64,000 bases of DNA. It comes from Lingula anatina. Taxonomy: Eukaryota; Animalia; Brachiopoda. The position numbers were made by a program, and so were the translations under genes. The notes below the pieces were generated by a model, which was not told the origin of the DNA, did not search any database, and saw only the letters and a list, made by a program, of their open reading frames with translations. This document shows positions 47,001 through 61,800 of this stretch, one piece after another. Within the stretch, counting starts at the first letter, position 1; every line of letters starts with the position of its first letter. The stretch is taken from NCBI GenBank assembly GCA_051362555.1, contig CM120642.1, forward strand, positions 10,230,001 through 10,294,000, in the 5' to 3' direction.

Positions 47001-49664
47001 CCCCCGAATATGCGATTTGAATAGAATCAGGCTCCATATGTAATGCATAGCTAATATTCATCTTTTCTGAAGCACAATCTAAACTATTTTTTGACTTCTT
47101 ATATTTCTATCTTAGCTTAGCTTCCTTCATTATTTATATTAAAACTACATTATTTGATTTACGGAAATCAACTCCTTTTCAAAATAATAGAATAATTCAA
47201 AAGGAAAATATTCATACATAGAGTAATAAAACAGAATGTTGCCGTTTCGTTATAGAATTATTAAGTGTTTTGGGTTTCTTTTCTTTTCTTTCTTTTTTTT
47301 TCTACACTATTTTTGAACATACATTAAATAAGTTTAATCAAATAAAAGTCAACGTAAATAAAATCTTACCACCTGAGGCCTCAAACTGATCAAAGAGCTC
47401 ACGTGACGTTCTTTAGCCGTCTATCAGACTGGGGCAGGGGAATTCGATCTTAAGTTGAAAGAGTTGAGTTTAAACCCCGTGTCCTTCTCCCTTCCGTGCA
47501 CACGGCAATAGGATTACCAGTAGCACGAGCCTCAGTTATTGACAGGAGAGCGTGTGCTCCTTGGCCTGCCAAGTTTGATCAGGCGCCCTTACTTTTAAAA
47601 CCTTCTGAAGTTTGACTCGCCCTCTACATTTTCACCCTGAGTATGATCGCTAGACACTTTGTTAGCCTGTTTTATTTTTTTAGTCAATCAAGGACAGCGC
47701 CTTGTGGAATTTGAACTTCTACCTTCAAAAAGTTAATTTATTGGTACGATCAAAATTTATAATTGCTCAGGCCTATAATAAAGTGACATTCGGGCATTAT
47801 ATTGGCGAAAAAAAAAATTGGCGTTAAAATATGTTACAGAGCTGACTAATGAGAATTATTTCCAAAGGAGACCCAGCATGTATTTCTGAAATAACGTTTT
47901 TATTGTTTGAGTAATAAAACGGTATATATGTTCTAAAACAGCCATTTCAGTCTCCAATTGGACTCGAGACATAAGGTACAAGCAAGCCCGTAGGGAAAGA
48001 GTTATGGTACATTCAGGATCTTAAATATTCATCCCTACTTATAGAATCGGTGATCGATTGATTTCCTTGAATGCAGTGGTTTTATTCTTATATCACCTGA
48101 TTATCGAGGTTTGTGGTGTTGGTCGCATCATTGCAAAAATTATATTTCGGAGGTATATGTTCATAAATCAACTAATATATAAATAAATAAATGGCTAGAT
48201 TAAGAAACAGACGAGCAATTGATTCCGTAAAAAAATCAATAAATAGAAAAAAACAGATCAAAAGATAATGCAAAAGTAGATTGATGACTTACAAAATAAA
48301 TCTCCCAGGACAATTTTCTTATTGCTTGGTGAAAACTAGCAAAATTAGGCCAAAAATCGAACCGAAAACAACTTTCTCCATTTATTTCAACTGTACATTT
48401 TGCTGTTCCTGTGAAGGTATATTTCGTGCAATTTCTTTGGAAATTTAGGTTTTTCTTAATTAGAATAGAACCTAAACCAGAAATGAATAGCTAAATGGGG
48501 GATGTATATTAAAAATTAAAAAGGAAAGGCTTTAGTTCTGTTCGATGACAACTTCATAGATCAGAACAGTCAAGGTACATTTCTCTGTCTCAGTCTCTCT
48601 CTCGAACAGCACATTCCTCTGTCTCAACCGCCTGTCACACCTACCACAATCATCAAAACAGCTGCTTCTCAGAGTTTGCAGGAAGCCGCAATGCAACAGA
48701 TGAGAGGGCTTCCCGACGGAAGAGTGCGTCTGCTCCAACGGATGAAAGGTGAAAATTTTTATTTTAATATCAAAATATTCGTGAGATATATGTAAACTTA
48801 TATTCATTCATATCACACAGTATTATCGTGCACCTTTAATGTCAAGAATGTTATACATGTACAGCAGTTTGGTCATAAAAATCTTTATTTATATAAAATT
48901 AATATTTATTCTAAAATTGCATAAAAATGTTAAAATCTATAACACAATTGCAGCAAGATATAGAAAGGCGCATAAAAATGGTTATTTACAGTATACTAAA
49001 ATGAATTTATAGACTACTGAACATACAGTGGAATACTAGAAATTAAAAATAGAAATTTCACAGATATTTTAAAGGCAGTGTGGGATAAAGAGAGTATTTA
49101 CATCTGTATATATTGTTTCCTGAAAAGATAATATTTTAAAAGCCATATCACATTTTTATTCACATTCACAATTATTCTGAATAAAAAAATCGTTGCACCT
49201 TACGATAAGTTTTTTCTGCAATAATTACGGTTTTCCTTTTTGAATAGTGAGTGGATGAAACTTGACAACAGCTACATGCATGTTGTAGAGCAATAGATCC
49301 CTTTTAACATCAAACGGTATACTTAAACGATACAGTCTATACTGGTACACTTGAGAGATTGACAACTAAATAGTTAAGCTAATATTACGTAAGAGAGTCG
49401 CCTTCCACACAGCCAATGCATAAACTTAAGCTCTTGTTGCATGGCTTGGAGAACAATAATTTTTCTCGCTCAATTCGAAGTTGATGGTTTGACAATATTT
49501 GATAGACAACATCAAATTGACACATAAGTGTTCATGCGCTTGAAATATTGCAGCTTTTTCTTTTGTCGCCAATTCTGGAATAGACCAAAATTTCATTCCC
49601 AAGCGGTCGAAAGTCCAGTTTAACAGGGCCTTTTCACTAAACAAATGTCTTTCAGAACGTTGGC

Positions 49665-51830
49665 CTACGTCCCTAAAACACAACCCAAAACATCGCCTCT
49701 CATTGTAGGGTAGTTATGAAATGTCTGTGGGTTAATGCGGACGTACCGTGCGAATATGACGGGCATCATCTTGTTCAGACCCTGCAACGTATTCTGTTTC
49801 AGAGTATTGGTATCTGTGTTGCCCTGAAACACCTGGAACGAAAAAATTACCATTGCGTGAGAAAGTCGAAACTAATCACCTAGCCAGCGGCTATAACCTG
49901 TTATAGGTAGCCTAGCGTTTTATGACAGTTAAGCTATTTATTTATGCTCATTTACAGTCAAGCTTTTTATCTTTGTCGGTAATATACAGTAAACGCTATT
50001 GGTTATCAATAAGGCAAACACTGACATTGATACAGCAGGTGATAAATTAAGGCAGTCGTTAGTCGGACAAAAGGATTCTTTATCTTTACGAAAAGGGCCG
50101 CTGCCACACTATGAATATGATTTGAAACACCAAGATACAGGACAATTGGCTTTTTATTCGCTCATTCAATAATAATAATAATAATAACATTACCACGTCA
50201 CTGCCACATTCAGTTTGGTAGGTTGTCCATGTCACCGCATCGCTGCTGAAGTGCAGTTTATAAGAGGTCACCCACTGGTAGTGGTTGTGGCCGTCCAAAG
50301 CTCTTCCTTTGGTAACAACAGCTGTGATCACATGCTTTGAACCCAGATCGAACTGAAGCCATTGATTGGTGTTAATACTTCCACCATCCACGGCCCATCC
50401 ACCAAGGGTTCCAGAAGACGCATCGTTAGTGAGGCGGGAATGTTGGGGCGTGAAACCGAACATGGCGAAGGAACTACTGGCAGTGATATGCGAGTCTGGG
50501 ATTGGGTTGTTTCCGCTCACAAGTAGATTTTGACATTGCTGGATATCTGGAACTGTAGTGTTTACCATATTTATTGCATTTTTCCAAGTAAGGACAACCC
50601 GCTTGTAATTTTGTATGACGTTACTGTTCAATACCCGTAATAAAATATTGTTTCTATATCATCCTTACATTCTGACATACGTTTTGAGATAATGATAAAT
50701 GAATGATGACGATAAATATCTGTTTCAAAGATCATCTTGTGTTCCGAAATATTAAGAAATTCTATGAAATCATGACGCGGGTGGTAGTTCCACTTTTTCC
50801 AAGGAGAAAAACACATGTACTTACCGCTGACGCTATTTTTCTGTGACTGAAAAAAGGACAAATCAAGAAAAATAATTTACATCGAAGAAGTGTATTTAGG
50901 CTAATACCTCTCAAAGTCACCTACAATTATAATAAACATTTTACTGGTTACCTACTATGATATAATAGAAGATTGATGGTTTTAATGAAGCGTCGTATGT
51001 CGGATGATAGATTACCAATTTTTTCAAAACTAGCTGTTTTAAATACTGTTTGATGATATTACCTCGAGTAGAGAGTTAGAAAAAAAAAACAATTACCTTC
51101 AAACAAATGTATGCACATTACCTTGAAAATTAATAGCACTTCGAAATAATTTCAAGGTGTGATATTGAGCTCAAGATGAAAAGTAAACAAAAGAATACAA
51201 AGAGCACTCACCACCCACAAGTTCCAGGAAGTCCCAGCTGCCAGCTGACGTCTCGTCATTGCCTCGGTATACGAGGTAATCGTGGCCACACAAAGGATAG
51301 AGCCAGACATGTCGTTGTGAACGCTGTATCCTGCACAACCTGGTGTGCGCAAGCACAGCATCGGACACTGGTTGGATGAGCCGACGTTGTCAACAACGGA
51401 AGAGTTGTCCTGCGTGATTCTACACTGCGAGACACGCTTGAACTGAACGAGATCGCTGCTCCCGACGCCATGCGGAGCGATTGCTGATTGCATAGAGAAT
51501 TATTTAAAGTTTATCAATAAATATTACTATTTGAAATCATCGAATAAATTCAAATTGAAAAATTAATTTTTGAGTCGCCATCATTTGAAATCATTACAAC
51601 CATATAATTTCTATTTTGATGAAACATGTTTTATAAAAACAATTGCTTTTCAGCCCTCTAAATTTTTCTTTAATCTGGCCTTATCTTGTACAAATAAAAT
51701 AAACTAACGACTGGCATTCTTACTAGTTCATTCCTTCCCTTAAAAAGAAAATTGATAGCTGTTTAGAAGATGAAATGTACGAATACTTACTTATAGATAA
51801 TATTAAAATTGCCAGGCTTGTTTGAAACAT
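49665..51830 (-). CDS. Secreted PAN/Apple-like + F5/8 type C (discoidin) domain protein (exons 51830-51791, 51483-51212, 50846-50825, ~50552/50546-50194, 49832-49665)
   Basis: Signal exon MFQTSLAILILSI. PAN-like SSNQCPMLCLRTPGCAGYSV...C. Discoidin motifs IPDSHITASS, SRL...GGW, NQWLQFDLG, ITAVVTKGR, QWVTSYKLHFSSD, FQGNTD, ARYVRINP, MRGDVLGC. All GT-AG junction phases are compatible when a 22-nt microexon is included. Confidence 0.85.
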
Positions 51831-54430
51831 CGTTTTAACCACACCAAATGCGGCTTTTTGAAACCAACGCTCGAGTACCTTGTCGTTAAGTGGGTTTAAA
51901 AAGCGATTTAGGTCTGCTAAGTAATGTTAAGTTGCATCAACATTTCCTATCAGAATAAAGAACTGGTAATTTGAGAATACTAATACTAATAACATTTATG
52001 TGCACATGACAGATATGTGAAGTAAATGATGTAGAAATCAATGGCAACAAAATAAAATATTGATCTAACGTAAAATGAAGCTCATGACTGTAATGCCAAA
52101 CTATTATCTCAATAGCAAGCACTCAATTAAAGAAATGCCCCAGCCCAATGGGTAGCATTTTTTTCTTTCTATTATTATTATTGTGTGGGGCTGGTGCTAT
52201 GTTAGGGCTCGTTCCCGATGAAACTACCGGTCTACGTGGATCGATCCAACTCTTCGGGGAGTCTCGCTGAATACAATCAGAATAACATATTAACACGCCT
52301 TCAGATGCTGGAAGCGGCAGAGGTATGACGAAAGTAGAGAGGCAAGTTTTAAGTGTTCTCTGAAACGTAAGGTGGTTTTGATCCAATATGATAATAATGA
52401 TAACTTAGATTTATAATATGATCTGTTTAGAATTAGACAAGGCGTTGCAGATTGAACTGTTTTTTTAAAGAAAAACCTAAGCCATGGCACAGTGGGGGGG
52501 GGGGGGGGGTTGGGTTGAAGAGCATTCGATAATGTGAAATATATATAGATTAATAAGGATTGAATGCGTCAATTGAAACAGTCAAAAGGGATATAATTAT
52601 TTTATGTAATAAGTTATCATATTATGTACATTTGACTTTCTCGTGTGTATGGTTTCAGCAACAAACCCTAGCCTAAAATGGACCCTACTGGTACATGTAC
52701 CTGTTGTTATTTACATAACAATAGGTCTCTCATCGCAGTGCGAGCTGCCTTCCATAATAGTCACTTGACAGTTGAGCACAGCATAGTGAAGACGCAGGAT
52801 ATGTGCGGTACAGTCGACAGTTGAAGCTTTTACTAGGCATAGAAGAAAATATATCTTGTAAGTGTTATTTCTTTGTCATTAAAAACTAAAACGCGTAAGT
52901 GTTGACAAAGTTAAGTCAAGTGTTTATAACACGTCTTTATTATCTTATGTGTCAGAGCACGTTGGTTTAAAATAAATGTCACTATGCTTTGACAGAAAAG
53001 ATAGGGTGCACGTAGCTGAGCGTTGAGTAAAACCTAAATTTGTTTGAAATCTTTAGCACTGTGAAAAAACTCTGCATAAACATTTGTCTGAAAGAGAAAT
53101 CATGTGTGTTTGAAATAATGTTTTATGATCGCAATTAGTATAGCGAATAAAGATTATAGTGATCGTTACGAGGTCCTTCTGCAAAGATAAGTGTGCCCCA
53201 TGTGTAAAGACGTATTGAGTTTGCATTTATTCAATACTTCTATGTTTGTTTTAGATGAATGGCAGAAGGCGCAAGACATTTTCTGCTGTTGATGGACAAA
53301 CCCTTTCAGATAAGTACTCTTTATATGTTTCAACACAAACTCGCGCGCTCACACACACTCACACACACACACACACACACACACACCGTTCATACATACG
53401 CGAGCGCACACATATCTCAATGCACAATATTTAATGCAAGTTGTTATTTACCTCATGTTGTCCATAACATAGACAGTCTGAAAGAACCGGCAAATTTTGT
53501 TCCTTCTTGTGCTCTTAATTTGCTATTGTATATAAATGAAAATTGCAAATTAGTTTTTTTTAAAGTTATTTAAATCAATGTGCTGTGCTGTGAAAGGAAT
53601 TCGACAAAAGTGATCTGCAACAATTTATTCCCTGAACACAAAATCTGTAATGTTATTTCCCAAACACGTAATGCATAGCATTAATCATTTTCAGTTGTTG
53701 GTGCAATAGCTTTAAAGCCATCGTACATTATGCATTAATTTCATACCCTTAATTTGAAGCAAGCTCAACCCAAGCTTTTTTCAAGGACTTTCAGAATGTC
53801 CACAAAGATGTAAGAGATTTCAATTATATAAGTTTATTTTTTATATCTTGTATATGCAAGTTGTATATTATCCTGTCAATCATTCTATTCATAAGTTTTA
53901 TCAAAACAATTTTTTGCATTTCAGAAGGACCACATTTTCCGATATACTGCACCAAGCAAACCTGCAAGAAACCCAGTTTTTCGTCTGATTCACATCATTC
54001 TCTTAAACTTGAATAAACACATTTCTCTGTGGTTTTTCATTTGATATGAAGTCATTATAAAGATAATGATAAGGGGAAGGATTAATCTGTTAGTCATATA
54101 AAATTAATCGAGCACTCTCAAAAATTTCTGTAAAATGTGATATATCAATATTGCTGTTTTTTTATTTATTTTGAAATCTTTTTCATTATTTTGTTAATTT
54201 CCCCAAAAAATACTTGTTGTGAAATAAATCCCATGTGGACAACAATTTTTAGCCTACAAAAAGAATATATACAAAATACTTACCAGATACCTACAAGTAT
54301 TTTAATTAAAAGTAAAACTGTATTTGCAATCGTACCTTGTTAAATTTTCCTTTTATGACTCCTTGTCAAACTTGAAATGTTCGGTTTTATGATTAATATT
54401 TAATAAAAAAATTAAACACCAAGAATTCGA

Positions 54431-55040
54431 CCCACCTGTCACCCCTAAAAAACGAAATGGACTCACCCCACCTGTCACCCCTCAAAATGAAATGGACTCG
54501 CCCCACCCCTCACCCCTCAAAAATGAAATGGACTCGCCCCACCCCTCACCCCTCAAAAATGAAATGGACTCGCCCCACCCGTCACCCCTCAAAAACGAAA
54601 TGAACTCGCCCCACCTGTCACCCCTCAAAATGAAATGGACTCGCCCCACCTGTCACCCCTCAAAATGAAATGAACTCGCCCCACCTGTCACCCCTCAAAA
54701 TGAAATGGACTCGCCCCACCTGTCACCCCTCAAAAATGAAATGGACTCGCCCCACCTGTCACCCCTCAAAAATGAAATGGACTCGCCCCACCTGTCACCC
54801 CTCAAAATGAAATGGACTTGCCCCACCTGTCACCCCTCAAAAACGAAATGGACTCGCCCCACCTGTCACCCCTCAAAATGAAATGGACTTGCCCCACCTG
54901 TCACCCCTCAAAAATGAAAGGGACTCGCCCCACCCGTCACCCCTCAAAAACGAAATGAACTCGCCCCACCTGTCACCCCTCAAAATGAAATGGACTCGCC
55001 CCACCTGTCACCCCTCAAAATGAAATGGACTCGCCCCGCC
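54431..55040. repeat. Minisatellite, ~17 copies of a 35-36-bp unit (AAATGGACTCGCCCCACCTGTCACCCCTCAAAA(A)TG)
   Basis: Head-to-tail, near-identical units with no unique spacers. Confidence 0.95.
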
Positions 55041-58000
55041 TAAATGTCAATATTATGCATGATAAGCAGAATTTTAAATTGTTCAGTGTTAACGCCACTA
55101 TTCGGGCAGTAAAATGCTCACTTTTTTCTTTTTGCAAATGTTTTAATTTCCTTTTCATAGTTTTGCTTTTAGAATTCAAACGCTATTTCACAGAATATAT
55201 TCTAACACCCATAGAGCATGCAAACGAATATGAAAACGAATGGAGGAGACTATTTTAAGCAAAATTCATATCAAAGTTTGTTTTAAGAGAAATTTGAAAG
55301 AAAAACCAGCCTTGGCAGATTTTTATTTACTGTTTTCATTTGCTAAAATATTATTTCCGCACAGAATATTTTAGCACGGTTAATGAAATAGGCCTAGGCA
55401 AATCTGTAATGTTATACTTTATCTATCTAATAACAATTGGCAATTCAACAATTCAAGTAACAAGGCAATGGATCATATGAACAGTGGTCTTAATGCACAG
55501 CCCAAATTGGGGCGAAACTATCATTTTACAATTTGCAAAGTTTACAAGAAAAAATTAAAATATGTTTTGAATTAGTTCAAAGAATACAATTTGGATTGGA
55601 TTATATTTTAAAAATTATATGAACCTAAACACCATTTTTATTTCCGTCTCCGTATCCCTAGTTCAAACTGAAAACTAAAAATTGCATTTATTCGGGTGAG
55701 ACGGTTCGTCAATTATAAATTTATAATGATATCATACATTATAAACATTTAGAATTAATAAATACAATTTTACAATTTCAATTATGATAAAATATCACGT
55801 GGCAGCTGATCGACTTAAATGAATTATCTTACTAAAGACTCGATCAACAATACGGTGAAATAATACATCTTTACCCTCAAGTTTTGATAAATTGTAAAGA
55901 CAATAAAAGGTAGCCGAACGAATTTCGAATGGAATCATAATTATCCGAGCCCGTTGTACGGTACATTCTGAAAATAAATTAGGCTTGATGTTAAAGGTAC
56001 ATTTCTTATGACATCAAAAGACCATCTTCAACTTTGAGAAGATCAACATAAAATCCTTAAATGTTTTTATTTTTAAATCACGCGCCTATTCCCATGATTA
56101 TACTGGTATGTGAACGTGCGCGTGTGCATGAGTGCGTCCAGTTCCTTAATACGGGTTGAAGGCTTGGCATGGATCTATCACTCACGTGTGCATTCTGCAG
56201 TCAGCAAATGCGATCGCAGCTCTGAAATATGAAAATATAATGTTATCAGTGAAATCCAATATTCCATGGTGATCAAATACATGCCTTAAGTAAGACCGAA
56301 GAAACTTAAAATGAAAAAGACTGGTCATATTGAAAAAAATAGCGTTGGCTGAACATCAAATATATACAAAAAAAATTAAGTTAGGGTAAAAACAAACATA
56401 CGAGAGCTATATATATCTGAACAAATTTCAATAATTGCGTCTTACACTTTAAAACGTTGGCCAGGAAGAGTTACAGGAAGAAACGTAAAAGTAAAAACCC
56501 TCACCCTTATTCATCTGTTTTTAGTTGCAAAATTGAAAAATGTAAAAAGATTCAGTAGATTTTAGTACAAACTAGTAAACAGTACAGACACCCAAAGTTT
56601 CATACAAGTACAATGAACAAATGTTGAAAAAATGTCTATGCTATGGCAGCGTGCTTTCAAGAATTTTTAAAATGGTCACCGTACAACTTATCGTACGTAA
56701 ATCTTAAGAACCATCCAGCTATATGTATCATCTGTCATTTTAGAACATGGGAACAAGTTAGGACAGTACATGATACTTTGAACTCTCAAAAACTGAAACT
56801 ACAGTGAAAAATGCCCCCAATAACACCATGATCATTACCGACAGAAGACAATAAAAATATACTCAACAAAGCTGCCATTTTAGCATACCATACCCTAGGC
56901 AAGCATACTGAATCATGGAGTTGTGTACTTTACACGTAAATTTCTCTCATTCTTAACGTCTTTAACAAAAGATTGAAAAAGAAATGCTACTTACAAGAAA
57001 GCTTTGTTTCAGTCCAGTGAAAGTTCGGCCTTGTGACTTTACCTAATTCATGCTGTCTTTATATGACTATAGTCATGTGACTATTCTGAAAACAGCTCAC
57101 ACCGTACTAGGTGACGTCACTAGACACTGACTCCAGCGCCACGTGACTTATTGTTATGTAAATAACTATAGGTATGCCACATGAGGCTAGAAGAGTTGCT
57201 GCTGAGATCCATGTTACAATATATTGGCGAATATATTTATGTATGATCTGACAGATAAATTGATGAAAACAGACTTTTTGCCGAGTTCTAGAGTGATGCA
57301 TATGACCTTTACATTCGTGAAAGGTATAACTTAAAATATCCATAATCAATATAAAGGTCCATTTAACATTAAAAAATATTAAAAGTAAGCGAGCGGAAGA
57401 ATTGTTTGTCCAAGACCAAGTGGAACTTTACTAACAGCAGTCTAGCAACTTAAATCATTAAAAAATAATTACAAGAATTATATGTTCTTACACTAAAAAC
57501 GTAGACGGACTAAACTTAAACCTTAGTTACCCACCATCTCACATTTTCCCGGTGTCGCAGGGTTTTGAAAATTGAAAATTTTGGCGCGGGCCATTATTTT
57601 TAGTGGTTTGATGTTTTTGTAATATTTTACCCATTAATAAAATTTTCAATTCAGTTACACCCATGATTAGCTAGACGATATAGTGACAGGGCACAGTCAA
57701 ACGTGCACCTCGTAAGACCCCTTTGGCACGGTCTAATTTTTGTTACTGTTAACAACGCGCGAATATTTTCCAAAAGGTTGTTATTTTTTAAACTTTTGTT
57801 ACTAAAGCCGGCACTGAATACGAAAAATCCCCTTACTAGCAAGGCACGAATTTCAAAATTTAGGAGGATTCGATTTTTTTCATCTTTTTTCTCTCATCTG
57901 AATTTTAAAGTACGTAATTTTGCAACAGTTCACATGGCAATAAATCACCTCATCAGTATGTCGTGTTGGTTGAATACCAAACGTCAGGACGAATGAGATT

Positions 58001-58138
58001 ATAACATTTTACGAAACGACAGTAGATCTATCGTTTTATACATTTTATTATTAATTCATGGGAGGGGTGTAAAACCATTTTATAGAATCACAGTCATCGC
58101 TACAAGAACGCGTCAACAGCTCAATTATTCAGTGCGAC

Positions 58139-58313
58139 CTGGTGTGACAGGAATGGTACCCCTAGGAATGGAAGTCCGGGGTCTCATGTGATAAGTACAG
58201 GTTAGGGTTTGTCGTAGTACTGGGGCTATAATTTGGGACGAAGGTCACCTGTACAAAGTAATGGGGAACAACGGACTGCGGTTTCCATCGGACTGCCATT
58301 CCTGTCACACCGG
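58139..58313. mobile_element. Short foldback element with GGTGTGACAGGAATGG inverted ends
   Basis: ctggtgtgacaggaatgg at 58139 and ccattcctgtcacaccgg ending at 58313. Internal ggttagggtt. No clear TSD. Confidence 0.6.
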
Positions 58314-58872
58314 GAGCGTGGTCACGTTCGACTGATCAAATTCAGTTAATTTATTTACATAATCTTAATGAACAATCGATTTTGATAATTACCATCGTTG
58401 CATTTAAAGGCTGCATGATGACGTAATTATTGCGTAATTCTTCAAGTCTTGGATCGACCAAGCAATTCGTGACTGTGGTTATTGATCCTAAGGCTTATGA
58501 ACGCGGTATCCGATCCCTTCAATAACACTGAGTTTTTTGTACATATTACCACAGTAAACTGCGTTTCATGTGAAATTCCATCGAGTAGTGATCATTGACG
58601 TGTGAATAAAGCATCGTGCCCAATATATATAGTGCAAATAAACACAACCCTGGTTGCTATAAAGCCCAGTGCTGACACATATTGTTGTCAAACCTATTGA
58701 AAGGATTATACCAGAAGCCAGGTCACGCCCATACTAGCACCTTTATAATATATTGAAGCATGCAACTGACTCACGAAGACATACATGCACATGTATGAAG
58801 CTGACCGTTTCCAGTTATTGACAGCACAGTTTGATCTATGATTGATTAATTTGATATTTTATTGCAACCGTT

Positions 58873-61800
58873 ATGAACGGAATGTATGGCCTTCTGCAAT
58901 GTGTATTACTGTGCGTGTTGAAGGTGGTGATATTACTAGGAGAATCGACAGGACAGACGGGAGGAACGACAGGACAAACGGGGTCTTCACTTCTTCCACC
59001 AGGTAGGAGACAGGACGATGTTCTTAAGTAAACACTTACGTGTTTTGCAGAAGATTTAACAGGATTAACACGCTTGTGTGGATGTGGGAAGGGGGAGGCG
59101 GTAGTGACGCGTTTAATTAACATGACTGCAGTCGGTCTAAGCAGAAGAAGATGCTTTCGCGATATTTTGTATTTTGCAGTATTTTGACATACCAAACTTT
59201 GCCAATACAAAATACTGTGTTTTATTATATTGAAAGGTTGCCTCCACACTGATGGACCCATTAAATACGACAGTTTAAGTCGCTTGGGCCTAGAATTGAT
59301 TTTTTTTCACTGATTAATAGACACTATAAGCCTTAACAATTCTATAACTGAAAACGACCTGTAATCCTGATAGTCCGAAAAATGGCACTTAAGTTTACTT
59401 TTATATATTTACTATTTAGTGCTACTAGTACCGTTGTATGTTTAGCATAGTACAGTTGTACATTACGACAAAAGCATATTGCACAAGACTTGCTGCGTCA
59501 TTTGGAGTGACCCCTAATACAAGGTCAATAATTGTAACATGCAATGACGCTTGTCTCACCTGGCTGCCCCTGCTGTGTGACCAACATATAACGGGGGGCA
59601 GGTGCACGAGGTAGGGAAAGGAGGACGTGTTACAAACGAGAATTCCATAAATGGGTTCAAGTGCACACAACATCGTAAGGGCCGTTAAATAGCCAGTAAA
59701 CACATAACGTTTCATAACGTTGCCATAATGTTTTTGGTCATATAAACGTCATGGCAACGTTATAGAAACGACCGTGTTTTCTGGGACCCTCGTTAATTTT
59801 TTTTTTAGTCCTACGCCTTCGATATAGGCCTACGAATGCATTGTACAGGGGTAGGCCTTATTGTTTTGACTCTATGTTTTAGTCACTTTGTTTTTCGCTT
59901 TTTTCTCAAAGGTACTCAAGTTGCCAAAAACTGTTCTACAATCCAAGATGGCATACTACTGTGGTTAGCTTGTCCTGTTGACCAAGCAATACAAGTTTTG
60001 AATGTACGATATCGACAGTCAATATCGACAGGTGGCTGTAGTCAGTTGGCTGACACTGTGGCATGCACTGACGTAGCCAACAACCTGCAAACACGTGCAG
60101 ATTTGGCGAACGAGTGCGATTGGTTAGACATGTGCCAGGTGGAAATACATCCACAGCCATATGCCCAGTGTACTTTGGAGGCGGCAATCACATTTAGATG
60201 TCTACCAGGTAATGATCCAATATTTTCTTTCAAAGTATATATAGTAAGAAAGATTATTTAAAATGAATTTCCAATTTTGAAGTATGTTCTGTTCTTTGCT
60301 TTATCATACATGTATACATACACACATAGATATACATGTACGCTATTATCATTCTAGGAAAACACTAAAAACACGTTTACTGATTACTTGAATATTTAAT
60401 TAATGCAGTAAAAAACATATGGAATATGAACGAATTCCTCAAGTTTCACATTTCTCTACCTCCAGTTCAATACATGTGTGACGGTGATGGATACAGAACG
60501 GAACCAAGGATCTACCTGGCCAGTATTGACTTCCCGTACCCACTGCCTAATGATGGGGGTACCTGTGTTTGTGAATTTAGGGGGGAAAGCAATGCAAATT
60601 ATGTCACGGGAAATCTGTTATTCAGTAGTAGAACTCATGTATCGGAGTGTCAGCGTACCGGCGCAGAAGAGTCACATTTAGAAATATCTGGCTCGGCCTC
60701 TCTGGGACCTGACTGCACCCGAGTCAACCAATACAACGTGACTACAAAGTTGATAACAGTGACATTGTATGGTGGAGGCAACCCAGACCCTTTCTTGTTT
60801 GTATTTGAAGGTAAGTTACGATAAAGCTGTTAGCTATGTACACATACGGTTTTCATTCCTGTAAAGTGAAAGCAAAATGGTTTCACTCTGTGGATTTGAA
60901 ATAAGATACTTTAGTTGTGAAATTTTCAACCAGTATTTACTTTGCACACGAGTAGGTTTTTATATACATGACCAAGCGTACACCATATGAGTAAAAAAAA
61001 CACACACCTAATCTGCATCTTTAACTGATCTTCTCCGGCAAAGGTTTAATGCAGTTATTTCGACATTGTCGAAAATGTGCAGTTATACCAGAATCTATTG
61101 TCATTCCAACAAATACTCTATACCAAATGTGTGGGACTCAGTTTTAATTTAATTTAATTTAAAAATTCTTACTGCTGGCTTTCGAATATCATCCATGGTT
61201 TCTTTACAGTAAGGTTTTATGTAAAGTGTGTGTACATGTCTTGTCGTCTGATATGTTTTTTTTTCTGTTCTAGCTGCTGACCCTGGATACTTGGTGTCAA
61301 TCAGCTGTAACATGATAACAGTCAGTTCTACCACGAAATTACCGCCATCCAATCCACCGTCTACCACTACCTCAAATGGACAGAGTGGTTCAGGTTCAAA
61401 TTCTGGTTCAGGTTCTGGTTCAAATTCTGGTTCGGGTGCGAATTCTGGTTCAGGTTCAGGTTCCGGGCAGCAGAATGGCACTGGACAATCAGATTCTCTT
61501 AATATTGGTAACTGTTCATGATGATTTTGCATGAGAGTTTTGTTTTAAAAGATAATATACCAAAATTAAATTATATTTGAAAAATCACTGTATTTTTACC
61601 GAAGTATTGCATTCATGGCATATTGCGGCATTGATTGTGATACCAAATGAAAATAAGAGCAGGAGGATAAAACATAATTTTATAGCTTGTTTTGTATTTC
61701 ATTACGAGAAAAGGTCATTTCGGCGTTAAAATCTTGTTTTATTCCTGCTAACTCTCCGTAGTAACTGGAAATATTCATTTATATGTTTTAGGTATGATTG

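Noticed and set aside
52801-52860. Alternative coding first exon for the receptor gene
   Set aside because: The ATG frame stops after 7 codons. The gtaagt donor could mark a non-coding exon but this is unsupported.
54431-55040. CRISPR-like periodic array
   Set aside because: Units abut directly with no unique spacers, there are no cas genes, and the context is eukaryotic. It is a minisatellite.
55991-57366. Possible TTAAAGG-ended Crypton/Kolobok-like element
   Set aside because: The terminal match is too weak to define boundaries from one copy.
61149-61532. Minus-strand ORF with PEPEPE repeats
   Set aside because: Antisense shadow of the Ser/Gly linker exon of the receptor.
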